Below, one piece after another: positions 56,825-64,000 of a stretch of DNA of 64,000 nt. Each line of letters begins with the position of its first letter. The first letter of the stretch is position 1. Source of the DNA: a phage; sequence record NC_101835.1. One strand, 5' to 3'. Made by a program: the position numbers and the translations under genes. The notes under the pieces are model-generated. The model saw only the letters and a program-made list of their open reading frames with translations. It did not search any database and was not told the DNA's origin.

Positions 56825-58009
56825 TTAAGCTTTAGCCAAAATGGCGCTAAACTCTTCACCAAACTCTTTTACAATCTTCATCAGGTTTGGGTATGCTTTG
56901 ATCAGCTGAGCAACAATCTTGTCACGACCTTTACCGATAAGCAAGGCATTTCCTAAGGCATTAGGTTTCATCATCGCCATAAAGACTGAGAATACAAAAT
57001 CTCGGTTCTCGTCCTTGAAGTTTTCCCAAAGGAAATCGAGGAAGTTTGCCACACAGCTAACAAGATCTTCGTCGGAGATACTTGCATTTTCCATCATATT
57101 ACGAATAGCGATACAACCTTCAGATCCAAGAATCCACAAGATGTCTGGCTGTTTAGGGCCTACGTATTCTTTGCAACCTCCTGCCATAATCCGACCTATT
57201 TCCGGTAAGTTGCGTTTCTTGGTGTGGTAAGTCCAGATCTCTACCGCTGCAGTGTGACCAATAGCACCTTGTAGAAGAACACGGGCCATAGCGTCAGAAA
57301 TAATACCGCTGTCAAAATCGTGCAAGATATCAGATGCAGCAACCCAAGATCGCGGTGTGGCAAAAGATGGACAATTAATCTCAGCCATGGCCTCATAATT
57401 ATCAATAGCTGATGGAACTCTTTTCAGATATCCAATTACAGAGGAGTGCACCCCATTAAGGAATGCGTAGTCCTCAATAAACACCTCTGCGTTGCTTGTA
57501 ACTTCTACAATGATAAAGCGGTTAGCCAGAGGGGCTTCGAGCGCCGAAAGAACAGCACCATCTGTAGAACGGTTACCTGCAGCTACAAAAACAGAGCCCT
57601 TAGGGAATGCATAGGTGCCACACTTGTGGTCGAGCATAATCTGCATTGCAACCTTTTGCAGGTAGTTATCTGCATGAGTGAGCTCATCCAGAAAGACAAT
57701 TCCGCTCCAGTCAGGATCCGCAGGCCAAAATTCTGGGATTGCAAACACTGTACGTGTAGTCCCATCCGCTTCTACAGGGATAGGTAGCCCAGATAAGTCG
57801 GCAGGATCTTTATCTGACAGCCGCACGTCAACCAGGTTGTCATCTCTCTCACCGAACATATTATCAGCGATCTGCTTCATCACCTGACTCTTTCCCACAC
57901 CCATTGGTCCTAAAATCAGGACAGATCGGTTATGACGCTGGGCAAACTGAATGATAGCTGGCAACTCACGGACAGTGATTTGACCACTTTCAAATACGTT
58001 TCTTGACAT
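56825..58009 (-). CDS. MoxR/CbbQ-type AAA+ ATPase
   Basis: Walker A LILGPMGVGKSQ, Walker B IVFLDELTHAD. Confidence 0.7.
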   Translation of the reverse strand: MSRNVFESGQITVRELPAIIQFAQRHNRSVLILGPMGVGKSQVMKQIADNMFGERDDNLVDVRLSDKDPADLSGLPIPVEADGTTRTVFAIPEFWPADPDWSGIVFLDELTHADNYLQKVAMQIMLDHKCGTYAFPKGSVFVAAGNRSTDGAVLSALEAPLANRFIIVEVTSNAEVFIEDYAFLNGVHSSVIGYLKRVPSAIDNYEAMAEINCPSFATPRSWVAASDILHDFDSGIISDAMARVLLQGAIGHTAAVEIWTYHTKKRNLPEIGRIMAGGCKEYVGPKQPDILWILGSEGCIAIRNMMENASISDEDLVSCVANFLDFLWENFKDENRDFVFSVFMAMMKPNALGNALLIGKGRDKIVAQLIKAYPNLMKIVKEFGEEFSAILAKA

Positions 58010-58311
58010 TAGTAAAAGTCCTCTACTTGTGTGTAAGTGTTTTCAAAGTTTTCCAAAACAGATATCACATCGGATCTGTCAATATCGTACACAACTTCCC
58101 AGTTGTATGCAACCCTTTCTGCTGTTGCCTCTTCTGGCGCTAGTCGTCTGCTGGCATAAAAGAGTGTTGGAGTACACTTTCTTGCTTGCCCTCTAACTTT
58201 CCCATAATAATATCTGTGAATATCTTTGTCAAAATTTAACTCTTTTTCTGCACGAAGTTCATATTGCTGGTATAACATGTTTATTACTCTTTTAAGTGGC
58301 ATCCTTGCCAC
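58009..58311 (-). CDS. hypothetical protein
   Basis: Track ORF. Confidence 0.5.
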   Translation of the reverse strand: MARMPLKRVINMLYQQYELRAEKELNFDKDIHRYYYGKVRGQARKCTPTLFYASRRLAPEEATAERVAYNWEVVYDIDRSDVISVLENFENTYTQVEDFY

Positions 58312-58317
58312 TACCTG

Positions 58318-58698
58318 CTAGAATACGGTCCGAATCCAGACAAGGTTCTTATCTGCCCAATCATAGAGGCAAGTCATTGCACTGTTGAATTGCTCACACG
58401 GAGGATAATCTTCTTCCATCTGGCGCATAGCAGAGCCTTGTGGGTAAAGCTCCTGTGCTGCAAACCACGCGTCGTAGTCATCAACGGTGTCGAAGTAGTA
58501 TACAACATCCTCCAACTCAGGATCGAACTTTGAACTATCAGGATCCAGTTGTTCAGGGAACTTGGAGCGTAACTTGCCAGCCACAATACTTGCCAACTCG
58601 CTAACATGCTTATTGTCCCACTCCACTAGCTTCCCGCCTTCAGTGATGCGTCCTAACCACTGATCATGAAGGTCAACTGTTGTCTTCCACTGGGCCAT
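58318..58698 (-). CDS. hypothetical protein
   Basis: Track ORF. Confidence 0.5.
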   Translation of the reverse strand: MAQWKTTVDLHDQWLGRITEGGKLVEWDNKHVSELASIVAGKLRSKFPEQLDPDSSKFDPELEDVVYYFDTVDDYDAWFAAQELYPQGSAMRQMEEDYPPCEQFNSAMTCLYDWADKNLVWIRTVF

Positions 58699-58700
58699 TA

Positions 58701-58958
58701 TCAGTCCACCTCTTCTTCTCGTTGTAGTTCAAGATACCCGTAGGTCTGGACATCTTCAAGGGTGTGGAACTCCTCATCTGCCGCTAATGCACGAACAACT
58801 TGGCACAAAACCTTATGAGGAACTTCATCCAGACCAAGATTCAGTGCAGGGAACACCTTATCTAAGTCAACAAAATAAATGAACTGTAGCTCACCAGCTT
58901 CAAAAGGTGTATCTTCAATAAACATCTTCTCGGCATTAGTCAAGATCTGCACTTTCAT
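58701..58958 (-). CDS. hypothetical protein
   Basis: Track ORF. Confidence 0.5.
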   Translation of the reverse strand: MKVQILTNAEKMFIEDTPFEAGELQFIYFVDLDKVFPALNLGLDEVPHKVLCQVVRALAADEEFHTLEDVQTYGYLELQREEEVD

Positions 58959-59335
58959 TATTCTACCTCCTCTTCTTTTTCTTCGGCATTAGTTTCATGG
59001 CTACCCCACTCTGGAGTTTCCACCTCGATAGTAAACTCACGCACTACACGGTAATTACCCATGAAGCGCTCCACTTCGTCAAGGCTTACGGAGAAGCCAT
59101 TGGCAACCAGGTCTGCAGCACCCTCTTCTACCAGGTAGTCCAGATTGGCTTCCAGAGCTTCAGGCTCAAACCCTGTCAATGCAATCAGATAACCTTCCCC
59201 TTCATCAGGTAGGACAATACAGCCCAACTGATTTTCTTTAAAAAGGCAGTGACCATCATTATTGATCGGGTGTTCATTGCAGTAAATAGCTGCACGATAA
59301 GTAACTTTAGACATAGGTAAGGTCTCCTTAGGCAA
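58958..59335 (-). CDS. hypothetical acidic protein
   Basis: Track ORF. Confidence 0.5.
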   Translation of the reverse strand: MPKETLPMSKVTYRAAIYCNEHPINNDGHCLFKENQLGCIVLPDEGEGYLIALTGFEPEALEANLDYLVEEGAADLVANGFSVSLDEVERFMGNYRVVREFTIEVETPEWGSHETNAEEKEEEVE

Positions 59336-59606
59336 TTGTCATTTTACATTCTTGAAATTTTAACACAAGACGGTGATTGTGCCTAGTGTCTAAAAAGATT
59401 TTCTCAACCATCAGGCACACGGTATAACCGTCCATCTTGTTGATAACAAAATCTCCAGGGTGAGGGAGGATGTCTCCCGGATTGGGGAAACATAGTCCAC
59501 TCAGAAAGGCATCGTCAGTGGTGGACTTAATAGATTTCCACACACTGTCTGCCTGAACATGTTCACCGACGTAATATACATTACCACATGCCTTCATCAT
59601 AGTCAA
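59328..59606 (-). CDS. hypothetical protein
   Basis: Track ORF. Confidence 0.5.
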   Translation of the reverse strand: MTMMKACGNVYYVGEHVQADSVWKSIKSTTDDAFLSGLCFPNPGDILPHPGDFVINKMDGYTVCLMVEKIFLDTRHNHRLVLKFQECKMTIA

Positions 59607-60502
59607 ACCCTCGCATAAATTAAACTTGTATCAGTATACTTCTTTAATGGGTAAATATCCTGTCCATAGATGCAATCATTAAACACCTCATCTACCCAAA
59701 GGCTACACTTATATCCCATCATTTCTAAAACACCCATCTCTTCTTCGGTAAACTTATCACCGCTCTTGCAAGATGTCAATACCTCATTCTGAACTCTTGC
59801 TACCTCGAAGCGGTTATTGGCAATATCGCTATTGGCGATCAAATACTCACCTAGAGGGTGTGCGGCATTAAAGATGCACAGTGGACGGCTGACGTAATAG
59901 TCTCCGGGTGTATAAAAATTGTTGAGGTCTTTCACTAGAACATTCTTATCAGTCACTTCATTTATAACATCATGCATATCGCACATCTTTATATGTTTGA
60001 GGATTCCATCCCCCATCACAAAATAAAAACTTGCTGAGACACTTTCGGCATAGATCTTACTAGATCCGTTGTAGTTGTATTTTACTCGGATGCTAACGGG
60101 GGTTTTTCCTGTCGCGTTAGCCATCATCCAAAGAAATGGCAGCTCATACTTCTCCTCTGAGGAAACAAAAGGTGAGGTAGCCAGAGATCGAAAACCTCCA
60201 GAGAAGTTGAAAGTTACAGAACCGCTCCGGCGGTATGATACCGCGTATTCTACTTTTATATCGACATACCCATTGGAATAGGTGTGTCCTTCATTATCTA
60301 AATATGTCCACTTATCAGACCCAGATACCAATCTACGCTCAATAACCTTCATCACTATAGGAATTAATGGGTTGGTACAAACCGCTTTTGAAGTAGCTTT
60401 ATCATCTAAAGCCTCGTAAATTGCAGAAAGGATGTCTCCAGCTGAAAGATTGGTTGTTATATCCTGTTGCCACCGCGTACTAAAACTGTTAAGATTTGCC
60501 AT
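59603..60502 (-). CDS. hypothetical protein (299 aa)
   Basis: First gene of the leftward operon that ends with the MoxR ATPase. Confidence 0.55.
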   Translation of the reverse strand: MANLNSFSTRWQQDITTNLSAGDILSAIYEALDDKATSKAVCTNPLIPIVMKVIERRLVSGSDKWTYLDNEGHTYSNGYVDIKVEYAVSYRRSGSVTFNFSGGFRSLATSPFVSSEEKYELPFLWMMANATGKTPVSIRVKYNYNGSSKIYAESVSASFYFVMGDGILKHIKMCDMHDVINEVTDKNVLVKDLNNFYTPGDYYVSRPLCIFNAAHPLGEYLIANSDIANNRFEVARVQNEVLTSCKSGDKFTEEEMGVLEMMGYKCSLWVDEVFNDCIYGQDIYPLKKYTDTSLIYARV

Positions 60503-60584
60503 GAGTGAGTGCTCCTATGTTAGTTTTCTTTCGAATGGGTGCACTATATCGGAGATTTAGAGTAAAGTCAACACGTTTTTGATG

Positions 60585-60625
60585 TTGACATCTGTTGAGA
60601 CAATTGATAAGATTTCTTCACTTAC
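60585..60625 (+). promoter_or_regulatory. promoter with palindromic operator-like site
   Basis: TCAACA-N9-TGTTGA inverted repeat overlapping TTGACA-17-TAAGAT. Confidence 0.4.
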
Positions 60626-60644
60626 AGAGCACGAGAGACAACTC

Positions 60645-61622
60645 ATGAATCTTGAAAAATATTATACACCAGAAGAGTTAGAGCGCCTGCTCAAAAAATA
60701 TAGACGCAAACAGAATAATGCACGGAAACGAGATATAGAGTTCGACCTGTCGTGGGAAGAATACCTACTATTTGGTAAAAAACTTTTAGGGGAAGGGGTA
60801 TGCGACTACACCCTTATACCTTTCGACATGCACACAGATGAAAACGGACTGGGAAATCCTTTCTATCCATCTCTGGAGCGGATAGATGATGAAGGTCCTT
60901 ACGCAATTGATAATTGTTGTGTGGTAGGGTTGAGGTGCAACGCTCTGAAGGACTGTCTGGTAGATAAAAAGACTGCAATATTGATAAAAGACAAAACTGA
61001 TCGAAAAATTGTCCAGCAGATGATGCTCCACCTGAGCGAAGAGCGTATGGAGAAATTGAAAGGTGATTATACTTTCGAAGATTTCATCTTGCAATACGGG
61101 ACAGAAGAAGATAAACTAGCACTTTTTGACGAAGAGGAAGAAGATATGTCACCAATGCAGGACTTTAAAAATTTCATGGCTGATCGTGCAGCCAACAAAC
61201 ACATTTCAGATATCGTAAACGAAACTGTGACAGAAGAAATTGAAGAACAGAACTCTGAAGAGGAAAAAGAGCCTCAGGAGGTCGAAGAGGAGATTGCAGA
61301 AGAGGTTCCTGCACTGCCTGATGATGTTGAGGTTGCTAAGGCTTACACTTTCTATTGTCAAACGTTCTACGATGCAGGTATGAAAGTTGATCTGTCGTTC
61401 AGCCAATTTAAGAGTTCATATATTCGCAAATGCTGTGCTTTAACTGGTGAACGTCTCGGAGCTGGACTTAAACCGCTGTTGGTGACCGACTGGAATAAAG
61501 GTTTCACTAAAGGAAACTTTATGGTAGTATCTCCAATTATGGAAAAAGCCATGACAGATCTTATGAAGACCACTCGCATGACAATGACTGAGTTGGCAGG
61601 TATTTTCAAACACGTTAAATAA
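60645..61622 (+). CDS. endonuclease VII/HNH-like His-Me finger domain protein, acidic C-terminal half
   Basis: SLERIDDEGPYAIDNCCVVGLRCNALK resembles the endo VII core with His positions substituted; start placed downstream of the promoter. Confidence 0.4.
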   Translation: MNLEKYYTPEELERLLKKYRRKQNNARKRDIEFDLSWEEYLLFGKKLLGEGVCDYTLIPFDMHTDENGLGNPFYPSLERIDDEGPYAIDNCCVVGLRCNALKDCLVDKKTAILIKDKTDRKIVQQMMLHLSEERMEKLKGDYTFEDFILQYGTEEDKLALFDEEEEDMSPMQDFKNFMADRAANKHISDIVNETVTEEIEEQNSEEEKEPQEVEEEIAEEVPALPDDVEVAKAYTFYCQTFYDAGMKVDLSFSQFKSSYIRKCCALTGERLGAGLKPLLVTDWNKGFTKGNFMVVSPIMEKAMTDLMKTTRMTMTELAGIFKHVK

Positions 61623-61634
61623 TGACAGGGGCCA

Positions 61635-63116
61635 ATGGCCCCTTCTGGAGTTTTAATGGATAGCAGAAGTTCAGAAATCGTTGCCTCACAGAAAGATGAT
61701 GCCCTGAGAATGTTGCAGGCTGCACGTATGTATCTCCTTGAAAAGCTGCCGTTTTATGGCACACTGCTGTCAGGGTTGCAGTTCGTAGAAAACCACACAT
61801 GGTGCTCCACCATGGCAACCGACCATAAACGCATCTATTACAGCCCTGAGTTCATTATGGGATTGGCTGATGAACGCAAGGCTATTCTTAAGGCCTCTCT
61901 AACTGACAAGCAGTTTGAGATGGCTGAGGTTTTCTATTCCCCCAAATCTGTGAAAGAGGTGGCCTTTCTTCTGTCGCATGAGGTGGGGCATATTATCTGT
62001 GATCACCTGGTCCGTGGTAAAAGCTTTGAGCCGGAACTGTTCAATATTGCTTGTGATCACGTTATCAACACAGGCCTTGTGGTTGACTTTAGCAAACCTC
62101 CTTGTGTTTTCTTCTCGAAGGGGAAAAGCACTACGTTCGTGAAAGGTAAGCCTTTTGGCTTCTTAGCCAGCTGCTACTGCGACATGAAGTTTCATGGATG
62201 GATTGCTGAGAACGTTTATGCAGTTCTTGATAAGCAAAGAGATCAGAATAACGGTAAAAGTAAGAGCGGTAAAGGTGAGAACTCTCAAGAAGATAAGCGA
62301 CAAACCGATGATCACATGAGTGGTAACGGTGGCACCAGTGATGATCTTGGAAAGGCTATGGGGTATGATCAGCCACAACCTGTAATCAGTCAATCTGATA
62401 AAGATCAGGCCATGCAGGACTCTGGTGACATGCTGGAGGCAGCAATGCAAGCTTCCGGAGGTCGTTGCCCTGAGGCGGTTCGTGAGTTTGTCAAGAATAG
62501 AGGTAAGCCTGTAATTAATTATATAGACATCATCAAGCAACGCATGTTGTCTAAACGAAAGGCTGAACTGACCTACAGAAAACCTGGTCGCCGATCTGGG
62601 TCTTTGACCAGCACAATGCGAAAAGTTGGGGCTATAAACAAGAACCAGCACGTTATTGTTCCTGGTCGTAATCCGGAAAACACCATAGATATTGTGGTAG
62701 CTTTAGACGTTTCTGGCTCGATCTCTCAAAGAACTTTAAAGAAAATGTTCAATGAAATCACCGGATTGTGCAATCTGTATAAAGAGTTTAAGGTTACAAT
62801 GTTCTGTTGGTCAACTGAAGTCGGAGAGGTTAAAGTATACACTCGCGGCAACATAGACGAGATGATCAACTATGAGGTACACTCAACATGGGGCACAACA
62901 GCTGCTTGCGTGTTCGAGTATCTGGATGCCAACATACCGAATGCAAAAGATGTCATCGTCCTGACCGACCTATACTTTGAGCATAACTTTGAACAAAAGG
63001 CTGTTGACAACAAGTGGAAAAAGTACGATACTTTATGGGTTCTCACCGAAGGGTATAATAAAAATTATATCCCTAGCTTTGGGAAAACTGTGGAATTAAT
63101 CGAGTACGCTAAGTAA
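61635..63116 (+). CDS. VWA-domain protein with N-terminal HExxH metallopeptidase-like domain
   Basis: HEVGH zinc motif; MIDAS motif DVSGSIS; typical partner of MoxR ATPases. Confidence 0.65.
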   Translation: MAPSGVLMDSRSSEIVASQKDDALRMLQAARMYLLEKLPFYGTLLSGLQFVENHTWCSTMATDHKRIYYSPEFIMGLADERKAILKASLTDKQFEMAEVFYSPKSVKEVAFLLSHEVGHIICDHLVRGKSFEPELFNIACDHVINTGLVVDFSKPPCVFFSKGKSTTFVKGKPFGFLASCYCDMKFHGWIAENVYAVLDKQRDQNNGKSKSGKGENSQEDKRQTDDHMSGNGGTSDDLGKAMGYDQPQPVISQSDKDQAMQDSGDMLEAAMQASGGRCPEAVREFVKNRGKPVINYIDIIKQRMLSKRKAELTYRKPGRRSGSLTSTMRKVGAINKNQHVIVPGRNPENTIDIVVALDVSGSISQRTLKKMFNEITGLCNLYKEFKVTMFCWSTEVGEVKVYTRGNIDEMINYEVHSTWGTTAACVFEYLDANIPNAKDVIVLTDLYFEHNFEQKAVDNKWKKYDTLWVLTEGYNKNYIPSFGKTVELIEYAK

Positions 63117-63122
63117 GAGAGG

Positions 63123-63389
63123 ATGTTATTTATGGCAACAGAGGTAGTAATTAAAGCTGAACGCCCAGTTAAAAAAGCTATCAACACGTTCCCTGTGGGA
63201 ACCATTGTGAGCATGATCACAGAGTCAGGTCGTGTATCTACGCTGCTGATTGTGAAATCTGCATGTTCTTCTTGTGTGTGGGCTTACGATCTGGACAAGA
63301 AAGAACTAAAATATTTTGTTGGGGAGCTGAAAGCAACCGAGCTCGATGCTCGTATCGAAGTATTTGGTGAAACTATGGAGGAAGAGTAA
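63123..63389 (+). CDS. hypothetical protein
   Basis: Track ORF. Confidence 0.5.
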   Translation: MLFMATEVVIKAERPVKKAINTFPVGTIVSMITESGRVSTLLIVKSACSSCVWAYDLDKKELKYFVGELKATELDARIEVFGETMEEE

Positions 63390-63652
63390 TGACCACGAAA
63401 ATCACTATTGCAGAACCGAAAGCTAACACGCAACCTATCGAAAAATTTAAATGTGGTGAGGTGGTAACATTTACACCAGATAATGAAGATGCTAAGATTT
63501 TCGCCATGGTCACAGCTGAGTGGATGTGCGACAATACCACACAGGTTCTGCGTTTTGACACCTATCTTACCGATGAAATCAGGAACGACAAGATCGTGAC
63601 TGGTGTTGATACTGAAATTATTTTCTACAAGAGCTTTTTAGAGGGTTTCTGA
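63389..63652 (+). CDS. hypothetical protein
   Basis: Track ORF, ATGA coupling. Confidence 0.5.
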   Translation: MTTKITIAEPKANTQPIEKFKCGEVVTFTPDNEDAKIFAMVTAEWMCDNTTQVLRFDTYLTDEIRNDKIVTGVDTEIIFYKSFLEGF

Positions 63653-63653
63653 T

Positions 63654-63887
63654 ATGGAAAAAATTCGTAAATTATCCAGCAATCAGGTTGTGAAAGACTT
63701 TGAATCTGGAGAGATTCTGTATGTTCGTGATGCAGATGACGAAGGTGAAGATCTTGTTATGTTGGTGGGGCACGCTGAGGACGGATGCATCCAAGCTGTT
63801 TTTCTTGAAACAGCTATGGTGCACTGGATAGAGCTGGACTTGAAAGCACGAAAACCTAAAGCAGAAATCCTGATTTACGAAGATTAA
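63654..63887 (+). CDS. hypothetical acidic protein
   Basis: Track ORF. Confidence 0.5.
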   Translation: MEKIRKLSSNQVVKDFESGEILYVRDADDEGEDLVMLVGHAEDGCIQAVFLETAMVHWIELDLKARKPKAEILIYED

Positions 63888-64000
63888 CAAAAAGGAGATA
63901 GCCGTGTTGAGCAAGCGTGAATGCGACAGCATTAGCCTGAATTCTTATAAGAAACAATGGTTTGGGGTAGAAGTTTGCCGACTGCGGCTAGGCTCCTACC

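Noticed and set aside
1-64000. tRNA genes
   Set aside because: No T-loop (GTTCRANYC) with matching acceptor stem found by eye in the ORF-free regions; not excluded without a tRNA scanning tool.
1-64000. T4-like (Tevenvirinae) identity suggested by nrdD/nrdG and a possible rIIA
   Set aside because: The polymerase is family A with a T7-style primase-helicase, and no T4-type late or structural genes are in the window.

Overview
The window reads as a 64-kb segment of a large virulent dsDNA phage genome, probably of a Gram-negative host (sigma70-like TTGACA/TATAAT promoters, a host-SSB-like C-terminal tail); it is not T4-like, because the replication genes are a family A DNA polymerase with a T7-style primase-helicase. 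All protein family calls are from reading the translations, not from database searches; coordinates of non-ORF features are approximate to a few nt. Layout: (1) 1-20.9 kb, rightward operons: anaerobic ribonucleotide reductase nrdD split by two group I introns (one with an HNH homing endonuclease), nrdG, PhoH-like ATPase, two T5orf172-type endonuclease-like paralogs, a ClpP-like protease, a Dam-like methyltransferase, a ribosome hibernation factor (HPF) homolog, and about 40 small ORFs including a paralogous acidic family. (2) 20.9-23.4 kb, a 2.5-kb ORF-free region where rightward and leftward transcription converge, with a GC-rich structured island, decayed direct repeats and nested palindromes. 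(3) 23.4-37.9 kb, a leftward array of about 40 short genes, the sampled ones each with its own promoter and a GC-rich stem-loop at the predicted 5' end of the transcript, interrupted by a 1-kb ORF-free iteron region. (4) 38-60.5 kb, leftward replication module: putative SSB, DNA polymerase A split by an ORF-less group I intron at motif C, HNH-AP2 endonuclease, primase-helicase, cytosine-C5 methyltransferase-like protein, Dda/RecD-like helicase, a GHKL ATPase (possibly rIIA-like), a secreted SleB-like hydrolase and a MoxR-type AAA+ ATPase. (5) 60.6-64 kb, rightward genes including a VWA plus HExxH metallopeptidase protein. No tRNA, rRNA or CRISPR array was found. The best candidates for something undescribed are the leftward accessory array with its leader stem-loops and the two ORF-free repeat regions, but I cannot name a specific system with confidence.
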